From Vicugna vicugna (Eukaryota): DNA of 62,000 bases. The position numbers and the translations under genes were made by a program. Shown here piece after piece: positions 35,595 through 48,582 of this stretch. The stretch spans positions 9,893,066-9,955,065 of the forward strand of contig MU058636.1 in the NCBI GenBank assembly GCA_013265495.1, given 5' to 3'. Every line of letters starts with the position of its first letter. The stretch's first letter is position 1. Below the pieces are notes generated by a model, which was not told the DNA's origin, did not search any database, and saw nothing but the letters and a program-made list of their open reading frames with translations.

Positions 35595-36530
35595 TTTATT
35601 CATTTATTTATTCAACAAACACCTGCCATGTGCCTGTTTAGTTTAAGCACTGTTGTTGTCAAGAAAAGTACAAGGAACAATAAAGTACAATCATTACAAC
35701 TGCTTACTTTCTGATCAGCATTTTACTGTATTAACTCATTTAATTCTTGCCACTCTGTGAGGTGGGTACCATTATTATCTTCATTTTAGAGATAAGAAAA
35801 CTGAAGCACAGAGAGGTTAAGTAACTTGCCCAGAGTCACACAGCTGCCAAAGAGCAAAGCTGGGATTGAGACCTAGAAAGTCTGGCTGCTTAACCACTAC
35901 GCTGTGCTCTTTCAAGTTGCTTACAGCTTAATAAGGAAGATAAGCATCAAAACCAGCCATTTCAATACAGTGTGATAAGCACTTCCACTTAAAGTATATA
36001 AAAAGGACATGGTAGAGAGAGAAGGGAATTATTAAGTGTCTGTGGAAAAGAATTCACAGTGGAAATAATGCTTGATCTAGGTTTTGAATGGAAAGAAGAA
36101 AGCCACAGCTTTCAAGAAGTTATAATCTAATAAGATACTTCACAAAATACCTCTGACATCATTTGGACTTAGGTTTTGAAAGAAAGATTTCACATTTGTT
36201 GGGAAACTTGAAAAGGAAGAGATCACACTCGAACGTGAGAGTGTTGGCAAGGATGATTTTATTAAGAAGGTGGTGTCTAAGCGAAGCCTTTAAGAACTGG
36301 TCAAGTTTAGGATTAAGCTTTGCTAAAAGGAGAGAAGCCAGGAGAAGAGGAAGACAAGGGTGGAACTGGAGGAGGAAGAGAGAGAACATAGAATGTGCTT
36401 CCAAGGCGGTGAGATGGGAGATCATGTTGGAAGAGCGATTTGAGCCTAAGCATTGAATGAGAGATTTTATTTCATCCCAGAAACCTATTGAAGGTTTTAG
36501 GAAAGCGAGGAGTGAGGTTAAAGTGACTTA
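35595..36530 (-). mobile_element. L2 3' region(s), interrupted by a MIR
   Basis: attcatttattcaacaaacacc...caatacagtgtgataagc...cttgatctaggttttgaa...gaaacctattgaaggtttt. Confidence 0.65.
35720..35908 (-). mobile_element. MIR SINE (well preserved)
   Basis: cattttagagataagaaaactgaagcacagagaggttaagtaacttgcccagagtcacacagct. Confidence 0.9.
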
Positions 36531-38189
36531 GAAATACCAAGGAGAGCAATAGAAAAATGCAATCGAATAAATATAATAAAAAGTAGATGTTCAAGCTAAG
36601 GGGTTGTTTTTATTCAGAATAACAATCCACAACAAAGAGTTTTTGAGAAGATCAATATGGTAACAAGAGAACTTGCTTTGTGCACCGTGGTGCATGGTAC
36701 AGACGCCGTTTTTTATTTTCCACAATGTATTTATCTGATCTTTAATTCACTTCTTTTCTGTTCAGAGTTAGGATGACACCCAAGCTTTCTGTGTGTTTCT
36801 GTGGCTAATAAATGGACAGACCATCTCAAGGGGCTTTTTATCTTGTCCTGGATGAGTATGAGAGCCTTCCAGAATATTCTCCAGAGCAATCAGAAGGCGT
36901 GTTTTGGGAGCATCTTTGCCTCCCAAGAAAATGGCAGTGATACATCCAGAGTGAGGTGAGTTCTTCTTCTATGCACTCTACTGAAGGGTGGTCCCAAACC
37001 ACGGAGAGAAAATCATTATTTTTCTCATTCTGCCACCACCAGCCACCAAAATGATTCTTCCAATTCAGTAAGGTCGCACCACAACCTCATTTGCTATGTT
37101 CTTAATTTTTCTATCCAATTGATTGACTTCTATCAGACCACAGCCCAATTTGTTTCTTTTAAAAAATAAACTCCTGATCTCTCTTTCCCTACTCTTTATT
37201 TTTTTGGTGGGGTTGGGGGATGATGGTAACTGGGTTTGTTTTTTACCACATGTCCCACATGCTTGTTTGTTAAGTGACTTCTTGGTCTTTCTTCTGTCAT
37301 TTCTATCCAGAGCTGGATGGCCTCCCCTCAGCGGGACTGGGTAAACGTACCCTCCTCCCTTTGATGAAAGCACAGAAAGGCCACGCTGCCCCTTCTCTGC
37401 CCAGGTCACTGGGGAGATGCCTGATTGTTCTGGGGGTGGGGGTCATCCAATGACCCTGGAGTTTCTAGAACTTTAAGCTGATGCATAACCCCAAGACAAG
37501 GACAAGATGACGTTTGAAGTTAAATACATTGTTTTTCATAATTGTGAACTGGAGCGAACATGAAAAGGGGATCTCGTCTGTTAAATAATAATAATTATAA
37601 GACATGCATTATTTCTTCTGAGGTAATTTCTTCCCCTTGAGCTTCCTTGGGATAAACAAGGAGACAGAAGGAGAACTGTTAGCTTCCTGAGCCTGTCTGC
37701 AGGCTTGTTCCTTGAAACTACCATCCTCCAGCACCCCCAGCTGCCTTGCATTTCTGGACTGTCACTGGGCAAAGCTCCAACCCTGAGCGCATATTTTGAC
37801 CAGCCTTTCTCCGCCTGTTCTCAACTCGTTACACGAGGGAGGAAGAATATTGCCCCACCATTCAGACGTAAATTTATGGCCAGTCTTTCTCTTGTCCTTG
37901 CTCAGAATCCTTTTAGTAGAATTTCTATTTCTTCACGCTTTCCAGAAAGGTTTAACAATCCTCTGTACCCCTCGATAATAACACATGGCCTTGACTTCTA
38001 CATCTTTTAAAAACCTGAGGCTGTTATGGGCAAACTTTAAGCTTGTCCCCACCTACAGAAACGTTCATGCTTTGACCTCCTTTGCCTAGAGTCTCACAGA
38101 AGATGGAAAAGATGATGATTTTCTTTGTTTTGTCCCTATTTCCTTCTAGACCAACCTCTTCCCTCTTGAGCTTGTGGTATCCTGTCCAC

Positions 38190-39990
38190 CTGCCTCCTTT
38201 TGGAGTTGGATCCGTCAATATTGTCTTTTTCTCTTGACTTTATAACTTCTTTGTCTCCCTGAGTTCTTTCCTATCAGATATAAACTTTCTTCAATGTTTC
38301 CCACTAGAAGGAAAAAAAAAAATGAAGCCTCCTCTATCTCTTTTTCCCCCTTCCTTTAGCTATTTCTCTGTCTTTTTTTTTCTCACCAAAATATCTCAAA
38401 GAATCAACACCCTGTTTCTTCTTCCTCATCTCATATTCTCTTCCCCTCCCCACCTGCCTACTTGCCAAACTAGTTGGCCCCTCTCAGTCCTACTTAGTGG
38501 GCCTCATCGGGCATTTAAGATGATTGACCTCCCTCTTCTGTTCACACTGTCCACTCTCTTAATTTCCATCACCCCTTCTGTCTCTTCTTTAACCTCTCTG
38601 ATCAGCCCTTCTTGGTTTTAAAGGCTGCTTTTACTCTCATGCTCCTTGGATAGTGGTGTTTCCCAGGAGTTTGTCCTTGGTTCTCTTCTTTTCTCATCCC
38701 ACATTCTCTCCCTGGGCAATCTCATTCATTGCCCTGGTTCCATAATCACCCTTATGCTGGCAACATCCAAATCTGTGTTTCTAGCTGGTACCTTCTGATA
38801 AGTTTCACTGTTCTGTACTCAGTGGTCCACTGGACCGCTCCACCCAGCTGCCCATGGATTCCTCACCCTCAGCTCTTCCAAACGGTCCTAACTTTGTCTT
38901 TCTTAAGCAAGCTTCATTGACACGTTCTGCATCTCAGTGGATGGGTCGCTATTCATCTAGTCTCTCAGATGAGAAGCCCTGGAATGTCCTCAGTTCTTCC
39001 TTCTCCTTCACCATCTCCTGTCCCATCTACCACCTGAAGTTCTCAAATGCACCCCTTCCTTTTAATCTCTACTGTGATTTCCCAGACTGATGTAGACCCT
39101 TATCATCTCTCACCTGGACAGCTGGAATCTCACTAACAGGGCATCCTGCCTCCAGCCTTGTCCTTCTCCAGTCAGCAGACTGCACAGAGCCCCAAAGACT
39201 CTATCTACATCACAAATCAGGTCACCTTATTCCCAGGTTTAAAACCCTTTACCAATTCCCATGGGCTTGTAGAATGAAAACCAATGGTAAGGCTCGTTAT
39301 CAGCACCTGTGCCTCTGGTCTCACTGCTCACCATGCCTCGTCCTCCACAGCTTTTCCAGCAACACTGAACCACTAGTGGTCTCATCATCATACTCAGCAC
39401 TGTGATTATTCGGTGAGTGTCTACCACGTACTGGGCACTATGCTACTCTCTTCATAGGCTTTGTAACAAGTGGTCCTCACAGTAACTCTATCTGGTAGGT
39501 ACTAATCACCATTCTCATTTATATACAGAGAAACTGAGTCAGAAAAAGGGTAAGTAACTTGCCCAAACTTGTATAGCTAGTAAGTGGCAGCGATGAAATT
39601 TCAACCCAGGTAACTGGACTTCAGAATTCACTTTCTTCATTCTATTAGTATTCTGTGGCTTTGCTCACGGTCTCCCTTCGGCCTAGAATGTCCTTTCCCT
39701 CCCTTCCTCCCCCATCTTCTATTTAATCCTTTAAGGCTGGGCTTAGACACAGCAGCTCAAGGTAACCTTCCCCAGTCCCTGGGGCTGGATCGGGTGCTTG
39801 CACCTGCCCCTCCCCGCACACCCCTTCCCATGCACTCGTCAATCCCTTTACTTCCACAGTTTGCTGTAACTATCCCTTAATTATATGTCTCCCCCATCAG
39901 ACTGTGTCTTATTCACCTTAGCATCCCCAGTGCCCAGCCCGGTGCCTGACATAGACAAGCTGCTCAATACCTATTGAAGGGAGAAGAGTG
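38190..39990 (+). mobile_element. Long L2 relic (~1.5 kb of L2) split by a MIR
   Basis: tcccaggagtttgtccttggttctcttcttttctc...ctctccctgggcaatctcattc...tcatctctcacctggac...cccagtgcccagcccggtgcctgacatag...tgctcaata. Confidence 0.85.
39395..39650 (-). mobile_element. MIR SINE nested in L2
   Basis: gagaaactgagtcagaaaaagggtaagtaacttgcccaa...tttcaacccagg. Confidence 0.85.
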
Positions 39991-40339
39991 AAAGCCTGGC
40001 CATCAGCAATCTCTTCCTCTGAAAAATAAAGTCATGCATTCACGTGGCAGGAAAGTAATCCAGATTAATCTCAGAGAGCTGTGACTTGAAGGACTCTTCT
40101 CTGTGGCTCAAAGCACTACTGGGCTGAACCACTCATGGTCCTGCCCCATAAGTGTACCTTCCCTGACCAGCCTACACCCCTGTCCTGCAAGTAACTGTTG
40201 AAAGACTGAGTCAAAGGCAATGGGGAGAAGTCACCGTGGCCAGTGGGAAGCTCACTATGTTTGCATATTGTTACAGGAAGTTCATTGTTTTATACTGCAG
40301 TGAACCCCTCAGCCTGTTTTCCAAGCTCCTCACATTGAT

Positions 40340-40775
40340 CTACCTTTCTAGCTTTCCCTCCAGCTGCTCACCCCTTGGGACTCCACTTTCCCTCACTCGC
40401 CCTGCCTCCGGCTTCTCAGCCTCCGTACTCTCGCTGACGCCATCTTGCCTGCCTTCCCCACCTTCACAATTCCTGCCAGTGCTTCGAAAGCAGCTCAGAT
40501 GAGTGAAGAAGCTGACTTTTTATCCACAGCCTTCTCTGTCCTCCCCCAGCCCCAATCAACAGTGACCTTCCAATCAACCATTTAGAAAGTAATTCTACAC
40601 CAAAACTAATGCTATTCTGTCATGAAACATCCTACCTCATGGCTCAGACTAACCTCTAAATCAAGTCAGGTTTTTGTATATTTCTGTCTTTTTCCTCCAG
40701 GGAAAAATGGAGCTTCTTTGGAAGCAAGGACATATTTTACACTTTTCTCCCTCAATGCTCAATAAGTAAGGGAAT
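40340..40775 (+). mobile_element. Degraded L2 3' fragment
   Basis: cagcctccgtactc...cagctcagatg...gaagcaaggacatattt...tgctcaataa. Confidence 0.45.
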
Positions 40776-41394
40776 TTTCCTCTCTTTAAACCCTTGATTC
40801 TTTCCGACCTTTCCATCACCACAATCTTCCTTTTATTCCAGGGTCAAAGAGGGGACTTCTTCGAATTTCTCATTTTACCCTAGACCCAGGTTGTCACCAA
40901 ATCCATCTGATTGTTTCGCAGTGACATCTGACCGATCTACTTTATCTGCAGCTCCAGAGACCTGGACTAGCCCGTCTACTCCATCCAGCGCTACCCAGAG
41001 AGGATCAGACAGAGGCACCCAGACCCCTCCTCCTTTACATTCGCCAGTTCTCCCACATCACCTGAGCCTATTTAAAAACTTGGGGGTGTCGAGGTGGAGG
41101 ATAGATGGGGGCAGGGCCGTAGATGCCCCAGTCCTGCAGACAATCTGGGGAAGCTTAGCTGAAAGAGGTGGTTGGGAGAAGGGTGAACGGTGTTTGGCCT
41201 GAAAGCTCAAAGTCCTGACCCCTTGTTCTTGGGGCAAACATTGTGGAATTTCCAAATGATACTTCTAAATAATTTGCATGTGATATAAGAGAAAATAATA
41301 GATGAGCATAGCACTGTGAATGGACAAAAGGCGGGGAACACGGTGCTCATGGATTTTGCTGTGCAGTAGAACTGAGTCAGGGGAGGAATCGAGG

Positions 41395-41625
41395 GAGCCA
41401 AGTCCAGGGTGCAAAGCGTGGCCTCTGGAGCCTGGTGGCCTGGGTTCCTGCCCCAGCTCTACCACTGGCCACCAGCCATGTGGCCTTGGGCAGGAAATGA
41501 ACATCTCTGTGCTCAGCACCCAAATCTGCAAAATGGGCCGGTGGTCTTTGGGAGGTTGGGAGAAGCACACTAGTCATCATTTGTAAAGCTCTATGTCCCT
41601 CCTTAGTAAACTTTCAGTAAGGCTT
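41395..41625 (+). mobile_element. MIR SINE
   Basis: ctctggagcctggtggcctgggttcctgccccagctctaccact...tgtggccttgggcagg...tctgcaaaatggg. Confidence 0.8.
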
Positions 41626-42004
41626 AGTGATCACTGTCACCTAGGAATAACGCAATGGAGCCTGCATCAGGGCAGATGTCTGCCGGAAAGGAATCGCTGA
41701 AAATCTCTCCTGATTTCAGTGCCTCTCCCGATGCTTTTCACATCACCTGGCTATCAACCTGCTTTGACCTGTTGTAGCAAAAACAGGCTATGATTGTAGG
41801 GGGTGTCCAATCCTCCTCTTTACCTTTTGTGGATGTTTAAGTATTCCCACCATAAAATGTCTTCAAAATACTAGGATTTTGTGACCGAGATGTATTATCC
41901 TTTTTTTAGAAACATATATTTTAACTCATATATTAAGGTTAATAAATTAGAAATCGAAGGTGGGAAATAAATAGGAGCCATAAGAAGCAGTTACCACCAC
42001 CTCA

Positions 42005-42225
42005 TGAAAACTCTTGCGAGTAAGACCAGCCTGGGTCCAAGTCCCAGCTGGCTCACCCGTGGGTTTGGGGCCTTTGGATAATTGACTAACTCTTCTGCTA
42101 TTTGTTTCTTCTCTTCATCAAGTCAAACGATCAGTTCCTACTGCCAGGGTTGTATGAGGTTTAAATGAGATGATATATGTCATTCCCAACTAGTCACACA
42201 GCAGGCCTTCAACAAACGTCACATC
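42005..42225 (+). mobile_element. MIR SINE
   Basis: cctgggtccaagtcccagct...cagggttgtatgaggtttaaatgagatga. Confidence 0.7.
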
Positions 42226-42894
42226 TTTCCTTCCCGCAAGAGTGGAGTACAGAGATAGGGAGGAGGTGGGGGAGGAAAAAACTGCAAGGCTGAGAATATG
42301 AGTTTTGTGGGTTTGGTGGTTTGCACCCTCTGCTGAAATGGGCTCAAAGCAAAACTGTGAAGCCAGTGTAAGTAGAGTCTGGGCTGCTTTTCCTCCTTGG
42401 CCGATGGTCTCAGACCCTCTCCTATGCCAGGACCTCAGAGGAAACAATGACTCTTTCCTCATGAGACAAGTGTCAGGCTTTAAATAAAACTTCTAAGAAA
42501 ATTTGCATTTAAACTACTTAATCCAAAGAACAAAATCCCAATGGTTAAATTTCAGCAGGCAATGCAGAGGGGAGAGTTTGTTTCTGGTTTTTTTTTGTGG
42601 GGGAGGTAGTGAAAGGAGCAAAGGAAAGGTCTTCCTGGTGTCCCTGAAGTCACAGCGCATAAACGCCAGCATCCTTTTATTCCAGCAGAGTCTGCAGGGT
42701 GAGTGAATGGGGAAATGGGAAGCTCTCCTTCCGCAAAGCGCCCCCTCGGGAGTGACTCTGGTGACAGTAAGGGATCCGGAATTATCCCAGCCCAGTAAGA
42801 AGCAGGGCAGGAGCTTCTGCCAAATCTACAGGCGCAGGAAGCTGTGCAGAGGACAGTGGCACCAAGGACGTCAGGACGAGAGAGAGGAAGGGAA

Positions 42895-43075
42895 ACACTC
42901 TACATTCATGCGTATCATCTCATTGAAGCCGCACTACCAATCAGAGGAAGACAGTACCACACAGTAAATGAGGCTCAGTGTGAGCCAGGCCACGTGCCCA
43001 GCAGCACACAGCTAATGGTCAGCAGTGCCAAGAATCAAACCCAAGTCTATCTGGCACCAAATGCCACGCTGGACA
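42895..43075 (-). mobile_element. MIR SINE
   Basis: tgaggctcag...gcccagcagcacacagctaatgg...gaatcaaacccaagtctatctggcaccaa. Confidence 0.7.
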
Positions 43076-43969
43076 GCAGGTCTGGAAGCTAAGAGGAGAA
43101 TGGGGTCTCCCTCTGTCTCCATGATGGCCAGATAGACCCCAGAGAACTCTAACTGGTGTGAGCGTCCTGTGTGGCCACCTGCCCTGTGAGCTCAGGCATC
43201 CACAGAAGAGCCCTTATCTGGGCTCCTTGCTCTTCCTGGTCCCCAAGTCGGGGGGGGGGGGCAAGGGGCCAGCATCATTACTCTTGCTGCTGTACTTCCT
43301 CTATAATTCTGTTTTCAGACAATTGGCTCTGACTGCCCCAGCAGACCTGTCACCCTGGGAGGCCGTGTTCTGGCCTGCTCGGGCTGACAGCTGGCTGGCC
43401 TCGCCAGCCGTCTGCAGGAAGACTGACGCTTCACGTCCTTCCTGCCTGCTCTCTCCTCCTCTGACCTGCCAGCACCGCGGAGTCCAGGCATGTGGCCTCC
43501 TGTGCCCGCTGGTCTATTTTCTACTTCCCCCTCCAGATCCTGGTTTGCACTCTGCGTGAAAACACAGAAGGCTGCTTCGGCAGGCACTTGGAGGGCACTT
43601 GTACTGGGTGACTGTGGAGGAGGAGGAGGGGAAGGAAGGTTAGCACAGACCAAGCAGCCCAACCTAGACCTTGGGAAATACACCAGTGAGCACCGATTTC
43701 TTGTGGGGACTGCTGGGGTAAATATCGCACTGTCCTTTATCCTGGGACCTAGAGAGCCTGAATCCAAAAGTGATCAGGACAGGAGGAAAGGCCTACCTCC
43801 CCATCTTGGAGCTCTGGGGGGAAGCCTGGTAGGAGAAGGGGAAAGGCGGAGGTGAAGGGTCAAGCCACTGGGATGCAGGTTAGGAGGCAGAAATACCACC
43901 TAAACTTTTTTCTCCTCCCCATGGGAAGTGGCAGCAGCCACAGCAGTTTGGGAGTCTCCAGTCTCACCA

Positions 43970-44638
43970 GAAGACGGTGGGCCCTGGGACCACACCCAAG
44001 TTTATGCTAGCAAGGTGACTTGCGATGGGCCACTAGATCACTTCAGGATGGAGGCTGGCCATGCCGGAAAGACCAACCACGTAACCAGAGGTTGGAGCTC
44101 TGAGCCACATAACATCAGCTCAACTTCCTGACCTCCAAGGGAAGAAGAGGCTGAAGACAGAATTCAGACGAGTGGGCAATGATTCCATCAATCAATCATG
44201 ACTATAGAATGAAGCCCCAATCAAAACTCTGGACACTGAGGCTCAGATGGGCTTCCTGGTTGGTGGACATATCAGTGCACCAGGAGGATACACCCTGATT
44301 CTACAGGGGGAGGACACAAAGCAGACACAGAAGCTCTATATCTGGGATCCTCCCAGGCCTCACCCTATTGGTCTTTTCTTTTGGCTGGTCCGGATTTGCA
44401 TCCTTGGTAATAAAACTATAAATACAGTGTTTCCTGAGCTCTATGAGTCATTCTAATGAATGATCACATCTGAGTGGGTGGTGGGAATCCCCGAATTTGT
44501 AGTCAGTTGTTCAAGTGTGGGTGGCCTGGGGACCCCGGAACACGGGGTTGGAAGGGAAAGGTGTCTTTGGAGGAAAGTGCCCTTTCCCTGTGAAGTCTGT
44601 GCTAACTCTGGGTGGCTAGTGTCAGAACTGCGTTGCAG
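43970..44638 (+). mobile_element. MER21C-like LTR
   Basis: ttcaggatggaggctggccatgccggaaagaccaaccacg...aaaactctggacactgaggctcag...aataaaact...gtctgtgctaactctgggtggctagtgtcagaactg. Confidence 0.85.
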
Positions 44639-45764
44639 CGTATTTCTGAATGCCTGGATTGCCTACAGTCCAGTGAAGGAGGTAAGAGCAGGCTCTCTCC
44701 CGTCTCCTGGCCCCTGCGCTCTCCAAGAGGAAGCCAAGTGGCTTCCTGTCTGCTGTCTCTCTGCGTAAAGCAGTAACTAAAGTTCTGGTTCTGGAGGTCA
44801 TTCTCCTTCAAAGCTGAAGAGAGTGTTTACAGGGTGCCACTGGCTCGACATTTTCGGAGTCAAACCAGCTATTTTGGCTGATATAATACACTGGTGCTGG
44901 GCAGTGCATTGACTACTGAATAATCAAAATTATTTGGTGTCTTTAAAATGGAGACAATTCACATAGTTCTGACACATAGTCCAATTATTCTGTTGTTAAG
45001 TGAATTGGCTTGGCCCTTCGCAATTCGATCGGTTGCTTGGCAATCAACTTGCCGATCATTTTTGCCTCCTCATTTTTCTCTCTGATTTTAATTGTGCCAT
45101 TGGAATGAAAGGATAGTCCACACATCTGCTGCCTTGGATTCTGAGGCTTAATTTAAAAAGTCAATCTTTAGTCTGATTTTTTTTTGTAATGCCCAAACTA
45201 AAGAAATCCAACTATCATTTTACATCCCTTCCTTTCTTCCTCTTCACTCTGTGTCCCTCAGTCTTCTCCAGTATATTTTCCTTTCCTTTCTTCTTCTCTT
45301 ATTAAAAAATATAAAAAAACAAACTAAATGTAATAAGGATTTAGCCAATGTTGAGAAAACTATAAGAAATTCTACTTAATCTTATACATCATCATCTAAC
45401 TCAACATTATCACATATATTCAGCAGTGCTTGTGTTTCATTGTGACCCCCAGATCTTTGTATTTCACACCTGCTCAGATTTCCATGCCTCCCTTCTCCCT
45501 ATCTTGCCCCTTCCTTACCATTTTTACATCTGTATATAATTTGCTTTACCCCCAGATTTATTATTTGCCATTGGTTCTAGCAACATTGTATTTTATCCTG
45601 TGTATAGTTCATTGAGGCCACGTCAAACTTTTCTCTGTATTTTAAGGGCCTATAACACTATCCAAATATATGGCATTTGCCTGAGATTAGAGGAGCTTTC
45701 TAACTCTTGGCTGCTTCTCAGAAAACATGGTTAGATCAAATTTATGGTCTTTTCTAAGAGACAC

Positions 45765-46410
45765 TGTCATACCCGTAGTCTGTGCTGAAGTGGCAGCCCT
45801 GGATATGGCCCTGGGACCCCTGTCTTCATCTGACTGGACAGAAGAAGATATTTGTCTCAGGACTGCCTGTCATGACCTATCATGAGACTTACTTCATGAC
45901 CTACTGAGCTCAAACAAAGATCCGTTGGGCCAATCAGGCCCTCACTCAAAGGACTTTGAATTGGAAAATACACAATTTTAGGCTGTTTGCCTTGGGGCTG
46001 AGATTCACCAGGTAAGACCTTGAGTAGCCTTGCGCCAGCTCAAGTTAAGAACAAGCCAAAACTGTGAGGAAGTAGAAACCATGACTGAACAGATGACATA
46101 ACATAGAGGGGTTAGATTAAGTCAGGAGTGGTGGGAGGAAAAGCTAAAGTATACGTACGTATACAGAAGAGCAGAAACCAAAGAGCTGGCCAAGTCACTT
46201 TGATGGCAGAGCGTGAAGTCCACCACCCCTGAGGGCCAAGGTCCCAAGAGTTAGATTGCCTCCAGCTCTACCTCCTTGTGGACTAACCCTACTGTGGCTT
46301 CTTAGGAGAGAACTTCTGCATTTCCCCTTGTTTCTTGCAGTAACCCTGGCCCCTCTGTACATGAACCAGCCATCATGGGTCGTGGTTCTTCGTAACTCAA
46401 GGTCACACAT
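45765..46410 (+). mobile_element. Ancient ERVL-type LTR
   Basis: tgtcat start, ctgactggac, tgggccaatcagg...tttgaattggaa, and a 3' ...ttcttcgtaactcaag...ca end as seen in old ERVL LTRs. Confidence 0.5.
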
Positions 46411-47063
46411 CCATTGTTCCCGCCTGTGCCTAGGTAGTAGAAAAACTGACAGGGAGCATCGCTAAGGGGCCACGTGACTTACTGGCCGCTGCCCTTCAAC
46501 GTGGACCAGCCACTTGGACCAGAAGCTACTCTCCCAGGACTGGCTCTCCAACAAGAATGCCCAAAGGATTGGAGTGAAAACCAACAAATAAAAACACACT
46601 CACAGATCATGTGCGCTGCATCCCCTTGTCTCCCTGGAAGGGCCTGATTGTTCTGGCTGCGTCTGCTCACTGAGACCTTTTCATTAGGCATGAAATCCAC
46701 CCTCTGCGCTGTGACTCCTGGTTTCTAAGTGATTCGGGGTGTGAGGGAGCACAGGTACTCTCCCAACTCCGTGGGAAAGTGATGCCAGAAAAGTCTGGGT
46801 GACACACTGTCCCTTCCATGATTCCTCAGCCTCTGGTTGTCCTGCAGGACAGCAAGGCTTTGGGTGCAGTAATGGGGCCATAAAATGAGAGAAGGGTGAG
46901 TGTCTATGAACTCTGCCCCACCCTGGGCATCTGCAGGGAACAGGAGGCCAATGGTTCACCCACAGAGGACCCAGCTAAAGAGCACCTGAACTGATGCAGA
47001 TGTGTATGTAGTCCATGGTGGGGCTGGGAGGCAGCCCTAACCTTGCTGAGTCATTGTCACTGC

Positions 47064-47740
47064 TGTCACACAGGACTGCCCCAACTCCTTCACCACAGAG
47101 GGGACTTCCAATCCTTAACCACATGCAGGGACTTAGATCCCCGACCTGTGTATCATGTTGATGAATAACCCCTATGGCTACACCCAGCAAATCTGCAGTC
47201 TTTCTAGAACTAACGCTGTAATGAATAGGCTTACGGCAATGGGGTTGCTGGTCACCCAGGACCATTTGAACCCACAATTCCCTGGCTCTCCCAGTGTCCA
47301 TATGCCATGGCGGATGCCGGGAGAAGGGGCCCACCTCCATCTTTTTGACTGGAGGTAGCGATGATGTGGTTGTCCGAGTCAGGACGACTCCCTACCAGGG
47401 AGAGTGGGTCACCAGGTCAGCCTGGCGGGCTGAGGGCTCAGCTGTGCCCCTGAATCATCGCCGAGCACGTCGAGAACTCTGCCCCACAGCTCTCCGCAGG
47501 CCTGACTCATGTGGCAGCTTCCCCGGAGCACGCCCACGGCTCCAGGTACTGCTCACAGGCTGGTGGCCACCTCCACACAGACGAGCAAACAAAGCCCGTC
47601 TCTAAGCCGGCCGAGCTCTGCTTAAAGACGCAGGGCCTTGTGCTCAGGGCTGCACACCTGTCTCCCCTGGTTTCTGGTTTCTGCCATGACAACGTACTGC
47701 AGTGAACCTGCCAAGGGTCCCTTTCACACTCATCACAGCG
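47064..47740 (+). mobile_element. Possible ERVL LTR relic (MER68/70/76-like)
   Basis: tgtcacac start and ttccctgg...gatgccgggaga motif; weak resemblance only. Confidence 0.3.
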
Positions 47741-47839
47741 CTGTGAACACTGCAGCCAGTCTGAGAAAATGCAGTGCCTGCCCTGAGAGGAAAAGAGACA
47801 GGGGAGGGCAAGAGAATTACACAAAATAGCAGGCCAGAC

Positions 47840-47955
47840 CTTGGGTTCCGGGGCCCAGCCTCAGAGATTCTGTTTCAGGGTGTCTGATGGGGGCCCATGC
47901 TACTATCTTTTTTTAAAGGCATCTCAGAGGATTTTGACAGGTTTGGGAAACATTC
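47840..47955. mobile_element. MER5-type fragment
   Basis: gggcccagcctcagagattctgtttca...ttttttaaag...gattttga...gtttgggaaac. Confidence 0.55.
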
Positions 47956-47960
47956 TTTAG

Positions 47961-47962
47961 GT

Positions 47963-47998
<36 letters not shown>

Positions 47999-47999
47999 G
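47961..47999. repeat. (GT)2(GC)5(AC)n alternating purine-pyrimidine tract
   Basis: Seen directly. Confidence 0.95.
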
Positions 48000-48114
48000 A
48001 CTAGGTTACATGTAGGTACGACTGCAGAGGTATAATCATGTTGTCAGTAAATACTCCGGGGTGGATAGGGTCTTGTCCAGGAAGTCACGATATCTGACGT
48101 CAGCTAATCCAATG

Positions 48115-48195
48115 ATCACATCTCTTTCCCAAGCCTCATCTGAAAAGTAAAGAGTCTGGATTAAATTCTCTCCTAGACCTTTCCAGCTCCAAAGA
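48115..48195 (+). mobile_element. MIR3 fragment
   Basis: cctcatctgaaaag...tggattaaat...acctttccagctc. Confidence 0.5.
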
Positions 48196-48582
48196 ACGTC
48201 AATGCTGCGGATGTTATAAATGTCTCGCTGCCCTTAGACTTCAATTTTCCTTTCAGATAAGTAGTTGTTATTTGAAAAGAACCATACAATTGGGCCAACC
48301 CAGAAGGATATTTTCCTTCTTCCCTCCACAGGGATGACTAATATTTAGAAGTACAGGTAAAGAGAGCAGGTATTGGGAGTGTAAATTAAAGAGGGTGAAC
48401 CAGCTGAGGTGTAATTGAAACCTTCCCCATCAAATAAATATAATGAAGCTCACAGCAAACTGTAAACAGAGAAACTCCTAGTTGTGCATCGTGGGAGTTG
48501 CCGTAGGGAAGGGAGTCGACGCTGGGAGAAGTAGCTGACCAGCAAGAAGGGGCTGGGAAAACTCGAGAGTTGGGAGTAGAAA

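Noticed and set aside
46975..47340. ERVL gag/protease remnant (121-aa minus-strand ORF containing DTG)
   Set aside because: The context around DTG does not match the retroviral protease motif (LLDTG.. followed by IIG.D).
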